Source: Cyanophyceae cyanobacterium
GTDB taxonomy: Bacteria; Cyanobacteriota; Cyanobacteriia; Cyanobacteriales; JBHJGN01
Direction of reading: 5' to 3'
Assembly (NCBI GenBank): GCA_050331735.1
Contig: JBHJGN010000082.1
Span: forward strand, 1-43,909
Length of the DNA: 43,909 nt
A program made the translations under genes and the position numbers. Shown piece by piece: positions 1-8,085 of this stretch. Position 1 is the first letter of the stretch, and every line of letters starts with the position of its first letter. The notes beneath the pieces were generated by a model, which was not told the DNA's origin, searched no databases, and saw nothing but the letters and a program-made list of their open reading frames with translations.

Positions 1-417
1 CACCACATTATCTGCTCCACACCTTCGCAGGCGTTCTGTGACGTAGTTTAACGGGATTCCGGTCCGGTCAACAGCTCTCGGATTGCCGTCTGAGGGCATT
101 AGGTAATCTCGGTCTTCAAAACGGATGCCGTGACCGCTGAAAAAAAACCAGAAGTTGTCCCCAGTCCGTAATGGGGGAGACTCAAAAAAGTCCCACAGAA
201 AAGACCAAAGATTCGCATAGGTCGGTCGAGTAGACTGAAGCGAACCGTTGGGAGCCATTAGGTCGGGGGAGTTATCTGAGAAGTGGAATACTTGCTCAAA
301 TCCTGCTTCGGTATGCAAGTAATCTCGCACCAACTCGGCATCCCGCTCAGCATAGCGAAGCGATCGCAATCTATCGTAGCGATTAATGCCAACCACCAGC
401 GCCCAATTTCTCGGCAT
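1..417 (-). CDS. Caspase-family peptidase C14 (orthocaspase/metacaspase-like), N-terminal part; runs off the window edge
   Basis: Manual translation from ATG at 417: MPRNWALVVGINRYDRLRSLRYAERDAELVRDYL...GDNFWFFFSGHGIRFEDRDYLMPSDG...RLRRCGADNVV. It has the C14 motifs ALVVGINxY, L.YA..DA, FFFSGHG (catalytic His) and YLMP.D, and is open to position 1. Not in the ORF track. Confidence 0.9.
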   Translation of the reverse strand, partial: MPRNWALVVGINRYDRLRSLRYAERDAELVRDYLHTEAGFEQVFHFSDNSPDLMAPNGSLQSTRPTYANLWSFLWDFFESPPLRTGDNFWFFFSGHGIRFEDRDYLMPSDGNPRAVDRTGIPLNYVTERLRRCGADNVV

Positions 418-418
418 G

Positions 419-787
419 TTACTCAGTCTGATTCCGCTTGAACTTGAGGGTAATGGCTCCTTTCGCTCCGGCTTTGCCGCCAGTTCCAAGCAGCTTAACT
501 TCTCCTTCTCCGCTAATTTCTACCGATAGCTCTACTTCATCGAGCTGCATCCGTGACTTTTTCTCGGCTTGTGCGTCTGCTCGTTCAAATATTCCGGCAA
601 CGACCTCCAGAAATTCGGTCATGTTGGCCTCTAGCTTCTCGCTACTGACCTGAACGACCGTCTCTGTGACTACCACCCGTTCCGTCTGCCAGGGGTTAGA
701 CAACCCTCTGGATTTATCTCCCTCGACGGCAGTTGTTTCTGCTTCTTCCGTAACAATCCAAATCGATTTAGAGTTAGCTTCTGACAT
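419..787 (-). CDS. Small peptidase-associated protein (Pepco/Trypco-like domain)
   Basis: 122 aa; C-terminal LDEVELSVEISGEGEVKLLGTGGKAGAKGAITLKFKR pattern typical of peptidase-co-occurring domains; stop lies 1 nt before the caspase ATG. Confidence 0.75.
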   Translation of the reverse strand: MSEANSKSIWIVTEEAETTAVEGDKSRGLSNPWQTERVVVTETVVQVSSEKLEANMTEFLEVVAGIFERADAQAEKKSRMQLDEVELSVEISGEGEVKLLGTGGKAGAKGAITLKFKRNQTE

Positions 788-1025
788 GCTGCATTTTTGG
801 TGTTGATTTGACCTTTGGTTCAGCTACTCTTGCTGATTATTGTACGTCACTCTCATCGTTTGGCAGTTGGGTAACTGAGCGATCGCCTTATGTGTACTAC
901 AGGTTCATCAAAGGATATTCCGCATTATTCTCAGAAATATTGATTTCCGAGAAAACTAGGATGACGACAGTTTTGTGCTGTGTTAGAAAGGCGGCATCTA
1001 TTTGGCTCATTCAGACTTGAAAAAC

Positions 1026-2159
1026 ATGAAAATACACCAGCGCCTGAGCGAATGGCTAGAATCTCGTTACTGTGCGCCGGCCTACGGCGGTTGGGTGTTG
1101 ATTGCTATTGCTCTCTGCTTCTTTGGAGCGGCCACCAATACAATGGCGGGCTGGCTCTACGTAATTAGCGGCATCATCCTAGCACTATTGGTGCTGGGGG
1201 CGGTTCTGCCTGTGCGATCGCTCTCTCACCTAAATATCCGCCGCTTCCCAATTGAGCCGGTCAGTGCGGGTCATGAGTTGACAATCGAGCTTGTCCTCGA
1301 AAATTTAACGTCTCAGCCGAAGACGCTTTTCCAGGCTCAAGAGCTGCTGCCGTTCGCGCTCTCAAGACCCAAACCAACAGCAATTGCTGCCATCCCGGCT
1401 CAGGAGACATTTATCTGGAGCTACAGCATCACGGCTCGTCGTCGCGGTATCTATCAATGGCATGAGGTTCAGCTCAGAACAGGAGCACCGCTCGGGCTGT
1501 TTTGGTGTCGTCGGTGCTGGCAGGTTCCGGCAAGAGCCGTTGTCTATCCGAAAATCTTACCCCTCAAACACTGTTCCCTCATCGAGGCTATCGGGAATTC
1601 CCCATCAACTCCGAAACGTTACCAAGCTGCCACTGAGGGCTTAACCAAGGGATTGCGCCCCTATCGTCATGGGGATTCGATTCGTCTGGTGGCGTGGCGA
1701 AGGAGCGCTCGTTTCGATCAGCTTCAGGTCCGGGAACTGGAGGTCATGACAGGAGGACAGGAAGTCGCGATCTGCCTGGACTGTCAATCCCCTTGGCAAG
1801 CAGACGCTTTTGAGCAAGCCGTGATTGCCGCTGCTTCGCTCTACTGCTACGCCAGTCGTCGTCAGGCGAATGCAAAACTGTGGACGGCTGACAGCGGTCT
1901 CCTTCAGGGTGATAGAGCGGTGCTAGAAACGTTAGCCGCCGCTGCACCAACCCCAGAGGCGATCGCCTCTATTCCTGCTGCTCCCTTGGTCTGGCTCACC
2001 TCCAGTGTTGCCTCGCTTCACTCTCTCCCGGCTGGTAGTCAAGGGGTACTCTTCCCCTCCTCTCCTCGGCTAGAGCCGCTACCGTGTCCTACTTTAGTGA
2101 TCGATTCAGGTCAGCCTCTCCAACAACAGTTACAGCAAGAATTAGAAGCGAGAGTTTAG
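1026..2159 (+). CDS. DUF58 domain-containing membrane protein
   Basis: N-terminal TM hairpin, RRGIYQW..V.LRT.APLGLF, LRPYRHGDSIRLVAWRRSAR and FEQAVIAAASL motifs; ATG at 1026 preferred over TTG at 1002. Confidence 0.85.
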   Translation: MKIHQRLSEWLESRYCAPAYGGWVLIAIALCFFGAATNTMAGWLYVISGIILALLVLGAVLPVRSLSHLNIRRFPIEPVSAGHELTIELVLENLTSQPKTLFQAQELLPFALSRPKPTAIAAIPAQETFIWSYSITARRRGIYQWHEVQLRTGAPLGLFWCRRCWQVPARAVVYPKILPLKHCSLIEAIGNSPSTPKRYQAATEGLTKGLRPYRHGDSIRLVAWRRSARFDQLQVRELEVMTGGQEVAICLDCQSPWQADAFEQAVIAAASLYCYASRRQANAKLWTADSGLLQGDRAVLETLAAAAPTPEAIASIPAAPLVWLTSSVASLHSLPAGSQGVLFPSSPRLEPLPCPTLVIDSGQPLQQQLQQELEARV

Positions 2160-2290
2160 TTTTGACCCTGTACGGAAGACCGTCCTCAGCACAGGAAGCA
2201 GGAATAGGAAGGCCAATACACCCAAGGCATGTTAGCGTCTTCCTCACTTCACGGTTTTTTGCTAATTTCAACCACTGACAAGTTTAATCA
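2100..2290 (-). ncRNA. ssrS: 6S RNA (cyanobacterial SsaA/SsrS type); ends approximate
   Basis: Minus strand AAAAACCGTGAAGTGAGGAAGACGCT...CCTGCTTCCTGTGCTGAGGACGGTCTTCCGTACAGGGTC...ACTAAACT resembles cyanobacterial 6S RNAs as recalled; 5' and 3' arms pair (GAAGTGAG/CTCGCTTC, TAGCAA/TTGCTG, GTCAGT/GCTGAC, GATTGATT/AATCGATC), giving a ~190-nt rod. Confidence 0.8.
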
Positions 2291-2336
2291 ATCGTCCTGC
2301 TGCGGGGTCTTCCACAGATTTTGGTCTGAGATTAAA

Positions 2337-2948
2337 CTACGCGCATTTTTTCCGCTGGAGCACTAATCCTAGTCCACTAACACCGAGAAGGCCCAGAACA
2401 GTTGTTGGTTCAGGAACTGGAGCAGGAGCTTCAAAGCTACTGATGGTAGCAGAAGCAGGCCCTAAAAGATTATCAACGGTCTGGACCGCAAAACCGAAAC
2501 TATCTCCTTGCTCAACATCAAAGGAGAAACTACCGGATTGATCGTCTGGTCCAAAATTATCTGTAAGCTGAGTGAATATTTCATCGACGACAATACCAAA
2601 CGGATCGAAAAACGGACCATCGACATTGAAACTGCTGTAGTCGTAGTCGAACGCGACCGTTCCATCTGCTGGTGCTGATATAACAAAGCTCGTACTTCCC
2701 AAAGAGAATGAACCGTCATCTCCTCCAGTGAGGGTAATCGAGTTGGGAGCATCGGTGGTATCTACAAAGCCATCTGCATTTTCGTTAATCAACGTCCAGT
2801 TAGTCGGATCGTACGGGCCTTCAAACCCGGAAACTGAGATGATAGAAGCGCTAACAGGGGCAGCAGTAGTTCCACAAACCGTCACTAAGGCTAAGAGACC
2901 GGGCGCGACTAGTCCAACTCGGGGAGTTCTATAAATCAGATTCAACAC
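2337..2948 (-). CDS. PEP-CTERM sorting domain-containing surface protein
   Basis: Signal-peptide-like N-terminus, acidic Gly/Ser/Phe-rich beta-type domain, C-terminal VPEPTTVLGLLGVSGLGLVLQRKK; AGGAG upstream of the GTG start. Confidence 0.9.
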   Translation of the reverse strand: MLNLIYRTPRVGLVAPGLLALVTVCGTTAAPVSASIISVSGFEGPYDPTNWTLINENADGFVDTTDAPNSITLTGGDDGSFSLGSTSFVISAPADGTVAFDYDYSSFNVDGPFFDPFGIVVDEIFTQLTDNFGPDDQSGSFSFDVEQGDSFGFAVQTVDNLLGPASATISSFEAPAPVPEPTTVLGLLGVSGLGLVLQRKKCA

Positions 2949-2987
2949 AGATAAGGCTCCTTGACTAAGGTTAATAGCAGCTTAAAT

Positions 2988-3068
2988 AGGAGTTACGCAC
3001 CTACCCCCTAAATCCCCTAATTCTGGGGGACTGTAGGGAGACTAGATTCATTCAACTGCGTAAGTCCT
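2988..3068. mobile_element. Short inverted-repeat (MITE-like) element with internal CCCCCTAAATCCCC...GGGGGACT repeat
   Basis: AGGAGTTACGCA (2988-2999) and TGCGTAAGTCCT (3057-3068) are inverted with 1 mismatch; both motifs resemble dispersed cyanobacterial repeats; no transposase. Confidence 0.6.
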
Positions 3069-3173
3069 GAGAACATCGAAACAGAAATCACCGAGATAAT
3101 AGCTTTTTTAATGCCATATTACAAAGCCAAAACGTCAGGAGATAAGTCATGCCTTCCCCTTATATTCTCAACA

Positions 3174-3200
3174 GCTTGCCACCAATGTTGGTGAGCAAGC
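3174..3200 (-). terminator. Stem-loop downstream of the DUF2993 gene
   Basis: GCTTGC-CACCA-ATGT-TGGTG-A-GCAAGC, 11-bp stem with one bulge; no clear U-tract. Confidence 0.3.
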
Positions 3201-3276
3201 AGTGAATTCGATGGGAGTTTTCTCCCCATAATGCCTTGAACGGGTAACTTCCTAAGTTTTTACTGCTGCACTTCGA

Positions 3277-4014
3277 CTACTCAGAAGGAAACTGTTCAAT
3301 ACGCGTTTTAGCCTGTAGAGTGATTTGCCCTTGCTGGACGTCTAGCTGCTGAAATTTGAGCGTCATTCCCTCTAGCTCAAAGTTACGCAAATCGAGCAGT
3401 TCTTGAGCGCTTTCAATCAACGCATTCGTCAACTCTGGCGAGTGATACTTTCCCTCATGATGTTGAACATTCTCTAACGTTACCTGGTGTCCCCCTTCCT
3501 TCATGGTGGGCGTAGCAGAAAATCCAACGTGTTTGGTTGCTTCCATATCTACCAAATCCACGTCACTGCTCAGCGCAATCTTGCCGTTTCCTGGCAGAGC
3601 GAACTGAACGTTCTTGGGTTTAACTGTCGTAGACTGGCCATCTACGTCTATTTTTAGGTCTTTAAACTTATCCTGGATGTAATCTGAATTAAAAGCACGC
3701 TCCAAATCCGAATCTTTAAGCACAACGCGAGCGGAGGCTGCTGTCGGACGTTCGAGTTCAATTTCCCCGAAAGCTGCTTTAAAAGGATTAATCGAAATGC
3801 GGTCGGTTTGTATATTTAACTCTTCGGTGCGCAGATCTTTGTTCATGACGAGACCATCGCCATCGATTTCGACGGCATCTAGCTCGCCCTGCATCACTTT
3901 ACCCGGGTCGGTATGAACGTCTACGTCTAAACCTTCTTTCTCATCAAGCTGAGTAGACATAGCCGCTTCTGCCGCTTTGCTAATGGCTTCTTCACCAAGA
4001 TCTTGATTAGGCAT
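3277..4014 (-). CDS. DUF2993 / LmeA-family protein
   Basis: LGEEAISKAAE.A..TQLDE, V.I.G.GLVM..DLR.EEL.IQTD.I.INP..A.FG.IEL.RP, DL.RAFNSDYI motifs; ATG at 4014 preferred. Confidence 0.8.
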   Translation of the reverse strand: MPNQDLGEEAISKAAEAAMSTQLDEKEGLDVDVHTDPGKVMQGELDAVEIDGDGLVMNKDLRTEELNIQTDRISINPFKAAFGEIELERPTAASARVVLKDSDLERAFNSDYIQDKFKDLKIDVDGQSTTVKPKNVQFALPGNGKIALSSDVDLVDMEATKHVGFSATPTMKEGGHQVTLENVQHHEGKYHSPELTNALIESAQELLDLRNFELEGMTLKFQQLDVQQGQITLQAKTRIEQFPSE

Positions 4015-4209
4015 TTCTGATTCGCTTTGGATATACTGTCTTGGGCTCACTGTAGGCGTTTGTTAACTGCCGATGAATCTGCCAGCCGATATAAATTGAG
4101 AATTAGCAAAAGCGCACTGGATTAAATTGATGATTTCGCTAAAAAAAACTCAAAAATTGCTTGTTTTTCGATTAAAAGCGGAATGAGAAGCTTCTGACTA
4201 AAAATATAC

Positions 4210-4243
4210 AAAAAAGCAGAATGGGTTTTGTCTCCATTCTGCT
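4210..4243 (-). terminator. Rho-independent terminator after ugd
   Basis: AGCAGAATGG / CCATTCTGCT 10-bp inverted repeat with adjacent A-run (U-tract on the minus strand), ~20 nt after the stop. Confidence 0.75.
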
Positions 4244-4265
4244 AATGAGAGTTATTAATCAACTG

Positions 4266-5654
4266 CTATCGACCGACACCGACGTAACGGAAGCCTGCTT
4301 TTTCAACTGCTTCGCGGTCTAGGAAGTTACGTCCATCGATCATCACCGGATTCGTCATCAGCTTGGCCATTTTTTCTAGCTCCAGGCTTAAAAACTCCTT
4401 CCAGTCAGTCACTAGAACCAAAGCATCGCATCCGTCTGCCAGCATCACCGGATTAGTTTCAATGAATACCCCGCTTAAGCCGTGGCTGATGCCGGTTTGG
4501 GACACAATGGGGTCGTAGGCTTTGACTTTAGCCCCGAGGCGATTTAGTTGCTCAATGAGGTTAAGGGCGGGAGCATCGCGCATATCGTCGGTGTCTGGCT
4601 TAAAGGTTAAGCCGAGTAAACCCACGACCTTTCCCTTAAGGATCTTGAGTTCCTGCTGTAGCTTTTCAATGGCAATGACGCGCTGACGCTGGTTGACGTT
4701 AACGGCGGCTTTAAGCAGTTCTGTTTCGTAGCCGTAGTCAGCGGCGGTATGAATTAACGCTGAAACATCTTTCGGGAAGCAAGACCCTCCCCAGCCAATC
4801 CCGGCCTGAAGGAACTTATTGCCGATGCGGGAATCTAGACCGATGCCTTTAGCAACTTGGGTAACATCAGCCCCAACGCGATCGCAGACATTGGCTACTT
4901 CGTTGATAAAGCTAATCTTGGTTGCCAGAAAGGCATTGGAAGCGTATTTGACCATCTCCGCTGAGTTCAAGTCGGTGACAACGACGGGAACAGGAGGCAA
5001 GGAGGCATCCTCGGCAAACTGACGCTCGACGATTGGTTTGTAGAGTTCCTGCATCATGGCGATGGCCTGGGTGCTGTTGCCACCAAGCACAATGCGGTCT
5101 GGGTTGAAGGTATCGTGAACCGCAGAGCCTTCGCGCAGAAACTCGGGGTTACTGACGACATCAAAATCGGCCATGATCTGCTCGGGGACATCTTGAGCGC
5201 CACCGCCGGAGGTGACGAGGGTTTTCTGGCGTTCAGCCACTCCATCCAGCACGATCATTCTTACCCAGTCTCCAGAACCAATCGGGACTGTCGATTTGTT
5301 AACGATTACTTTATAGCCGCCGTCGAGATGAGCCCCGATTCCGCGGGCGACCGCTTCTACATAGCGGGTATCGCTTTCTCCGGTTGGCAGGGGAGGAGTA
5401 CCGACGGCAATAAACAAAATTTCTCCATGTTTGACTCCCGCTTCTAGGTCTGACGAAAACTGCAATCGTCCGGCTTCTGCCGAAGACTTCATCAGTTCTG
5501 ACAGTCCGGGTTCAAAAATCGGCGACTGTCCCGACTTCATCAGCTTGACTTTCTCTTCGTTGTTGTCAATACAGATAACATCGTGACCAATGTGAGACAA
5601 ACAGACACCCGTCACTAGACCAACATATCCAGTTCCGATCACACAAACGCGCAT
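4266..5654 (-). CDS. ugd: UDP-glucose 6-dehydrogenase
   Basis: VIGTGYVG Rossmann motif, VNKSTVP, SNPEFLREG, GWGGSCFPKD (catalytic Cys), FKPDTDDMR, DGRN. Confidence 0.96.
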   Translation of the reverse strand: MRVCVIGTGYVGLVTGVCLSHIGHDVICIDNNEEKVKLMKSGQSPIFEPGLSELMKSSAEAGRLQFSSDLEAGVKHGEILFIAVGTPPLPTGESDTRYVEAVARGIGAHLDGGYKVIVNKSTVPIGSGDWVRMIVLDGVAERQKTLVTSGGGAQDVPEQIMADFDVVSNPEFLREGSAVHDTFNPDRIVLGGNSTQAIAMMQELYKPIVERQFAEDASLPPVPVVVTDLNSAEMVKYASNAFLATKISFINEVANVCDRVGADVTQVAKGIGLDSRIGNKFLQAGIGWGGSCFPKDVSALIHTAADYGYETELLKAAVNVNQRQRVIAIEKLQQELKILKGKVVGLLGLTFKPDTDDMRDAPALNLIEQLNRLGAKVKAYDPIVSQTGISHGLSGVFIETNPVMLADGCDALVLVTDWKEFLSLELEKMAKLMTNPVMIDGRNFLDREAVEKAGFRYVGVGR

Positions 5655-5737
5655 AAAGCTAATTCCTCCAGTTACTTTAATTGAATGGCGGCACCGATAT
5701 CCTCGTTACCGTGAATGCAGAGTCACAAAACCTGAGA

Positions 5738-6688
5738 TTACTGTTTAACAAGCGCTGGTTGTTTTTCCAGGCGATCGCGAAAGTCTGCTATTGTCAGTTT
5801 TAACCCTTCTTGCAAAGGAATGGTGGGTTCCCACCCGAGCCAGGTTTTCGCCCGAGTGATATCTGGCTGTCGCTGTTTCGGATCGTCTTGAGGCAGGGGC
5901 TTAAACGCTAATTGAGCCTCTGGATTGACCATTTCCTGAATTGTTTTGGCTAGTTCCAGAATCGTATATTCCCCGGGATTACCCAAATTAACGGGGCCGA
6001 TATGCTCTCCGTTCATCAGGCGCATCAACCCTTCTACCAGGTCAGAGACGTAGCAAAAACTGCGGGTTTGGGAACCATCTCCATAAACGGTCAGCGGAAT
6101 ATTTTTCAGGGCTTGAACCACAAAGTTACTAACCACGCGACCGTCATTTTCTAGCATTCTCGGTCCGTAGGTATTAAAAATTCGGGCAACGCGAATATCA
6201 ACCTGGTTATCTCGGTGGTAATCAAAAGCGAGCGTTTCCGCCACTCGCTTACCTTCGTCGTAGCAGCTACGGATACCAATACAGTTGACGTTACCGCGAT
6301 ATTCTTCGGGCTGAGGGTGAACGTCGGGATCGCCGTATACTTCGGAGGTCGAAGCCAGCAGAAACCTGGCTTTAACCCGTTTGGCCAACCCCAGCATGTT
6401 GAGCGTCCCAATCACGTTAGTTTTGATAGTTTTCACCGGGTTGTACTGGTAGTGTACCGGAGAAGCTGGACAAGCTAGATGGTAGATCTGCTCTACTTCT
6501 AAACGAATCGGTTCGGTGATATCGTGGCGAATCAGCTCAAAGTAAGGATGATTTAACCACTTCAGCAGGTTACGTTTGTGTCCCGTATAAAAGTTGTCTA
6601 GGCACAACACTTCGTGACCCTGTGCCATCAATCGATCAATGAGATGGGAACCAATAAAACCGGCACCGCCTGTGACGAGGATTCGCAT
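5738..6688 (-). CDS. UDP-glucuronic acid decarboxylase (UDP-xylose synthase family SDR)
   Basis: [58 protein letters not shown]; directly upstream of ugd. Confidence 0.93.
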   Translation of the reverse strand: MRILVTGGAGFIGSHLIDRLMAQGHEVLCLDNFYTGHKRNLLKWLNHPYFELIRHDITEPIRLEVEQIYHLACPASPVHYQYNPVKTIKTNVIGTLNMLGLAKRVKARFLLASTSEVYGDPDVHPQPEEYRGNVNCIGIRSCYDEGKRVAETLAFDYHRDNQVDIRVARIFNTYGPRMLENDGRVVSNFVVQALKNIPLTVYGDGSQTRSFCYVSDLVEGLMRLMNGEHIGPVNLGNPGEYTILELAKTIQEMVNPEAQLAFKPLPQDDPKQRQPDITRAKTWLGWEPTIPLQEGLKLTIADFRDRLEKQPALVKQ

Positions 6689-6774
6689 ACAACTTCTAAG
6701 CTGAGAATATTAAAATTTATAATAAATTAACCTTAGTCTGGATTAATGTCCAGCACTATTAAAGTCACAAGTTA

Positions 6775-6956
6775 GTCGCGCAGCGACGAGAGAAGCGCCG
6801 TCGGCGCGGGACAAGGGGAAAGGGAAGGGGTAAAGGAGGGATAATCAAGTTTGTTCTTTAGATCCAATGTTCTTTTCTTTCCCCGTCCCGCAGGGACAGA
6901 TTTCCCTTTCCCCGTCCCGTCAGGGACAATTTCCCCCTTCCCCGTCGCGCAGCGAC
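6775..6956. repeat. GGGGAAA-type short repeats interspersed with 13-14 nt mini-hairpins
   Basis: GTCGCGCAGCGAC at 6775 and 6944, GCGCCGTCGGCGC at 6795, GTCCCGCAGGGAC at 6885, GTCCCGTCAGGGAC at 6914. Confidence 0.75.
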
Positions 6957-6957
6957 C

Positions 6958-8085
6958 CTAGTACTGATAAAGCGTCCGGCGCTCCCGATCCGGGCGACCG
7001 AGGGAGCGAATGGTCTGCTGAAGCGTGGACACCTCCATACAGGTGCCTCCCTGCGCTCCGGCCATGGTGGTGATGTGTTCTTCCATTAAGGTGCCGCCCA
7101 GGTCGTTACAGCCCCACTGTAGAGCTGCTGTGGCTCCTTCTAACCCGAGCTTGACCCAGCTAGGCTGATGATTGGGAATCCACTGGCCGAGAAAGATTCT
7201 TGCTACTGCCGTCAGCAGTAGAGCATCTGCCAACACGGGCTGATCGCGGCCAACTCGACGGCGTAAGGGGGCCGGGGCTTCTTGTCCGACGAAGGGCAGT
7301 AAAATAAATTCGGTAATTCTGGCGGGATAACCGCGAGCGATCGCCGTTTTTTGCAGCGATCGCAGCTTTGCTAAATGAGCAATCTGCTGCTTAGGAGTTT
7401 CGATGTGCCCAGACATCATGGTGCTAGTGGTGTACATCCCGACGCTATGGGCAATACCAACAATTTCTAACCAGGTAGCGGTATCAAGTTTTTCTGGACA
7501 AATCACCCGCCGGACGCGGTCGTCGAGCACTTCGGCGGCGGTTCCCGGTAGCGACCCCACTCCTGCTGCCTTCAGCGCCACAATCACGTCTCGATAGCTG
7601 ATGCCATCTTCTCTGGCGATGAACTGGACTTCCTGGGGAGAGAAAGCGTGGAGGTGAAGCTGGGGATAGTCCTGTTTGATTGTTTCTACTAGCCGAAGAT
7701 AGTAGGCTAAAGCGGAGCCGTTGAGCTTGGCTGCTGGGTTTAATCCTCCCTGCATACAGATTTCTGTCGCATCTCGACTGACGGCATCGGCAACTTTTTC
7801 CAGGATTTGAGCGCTATCGAGCCAAAAGGCTCCGGCTTCCCCTTCGTCCCGGCGAAACGCACAGAAGCTACAGTGCTGTTCGCAGATGTTGGTGAAGTTG
7901 ATGTTGCGATTAACAACGTAGGTTACGGTATCGCCCACCTGTTGCTGTCGCAGGCGATCGGCAGTATAACGGATCGCTGTAAGGTTATCAGGCTGCTGTA
8001 GCAGGGCGACTCCCTCGGCTTCTGAAAGTTCTTCTCCTGCTAAGGCACGCTCTAAAATAGCGTCAGTCGTTATTTCCACCGTCAT
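6958..8085 (-). CDS. cofH: 7,8-didemethyl-8-hydroxy-5-deazariboflavin (FO) synthase subunit CofH
   Basis: [23 protein letters not shown] radical SAM motif, [40 protein letters not shown]. Confidence 0.92.
   Translation of the reverse strand: MTVEITTDAILERALAGEELSEAEGVALLQQPDNLTAIRYTADRLRQQQVGDTVTYVVNRNINFTNICEQHCSFCAFRRDEGEAGAFWLDSAQILEKVADAVSRDATEICMQGGLNPAAKLNGSALAYYLRLVETIKQDYPQLHLHAFSPQEVQFIAREDGISYRDVIVALKAAGVGSLPGTAAEVLDDRVRRVICPEKLDTATWLEIVGIAHSVGMYTTSTMMSGHIETPKQQIAHLAKLRSLQKTAIARGYPARITEFILLPFVGQEAPAPLRRRVGRDQPVLADALLLTAVARIFLGQWIPNHQPSWVKLGLEGATAALQWGCNDLGGTLMEEHITTMAGAQGGTCMEVSTLQQTIRSLGRPDRERRTLYQY

Noticed and set aside
2084..2278. 60-64 aa ORFs on both strands after DUF58
   Set aside because: Coincide with the 6S RNA, which explains the sequence better.
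6867..6956. Repeats considered as a mini CRISPR array
   Set aside because: Units are too short, lack unique 30-40 nt spacers, and no cas genes are nearby.
6958..8085. cofH without adjacent cofG
   Set aside because: The two genes are normally unlinked in cyanobacteria.
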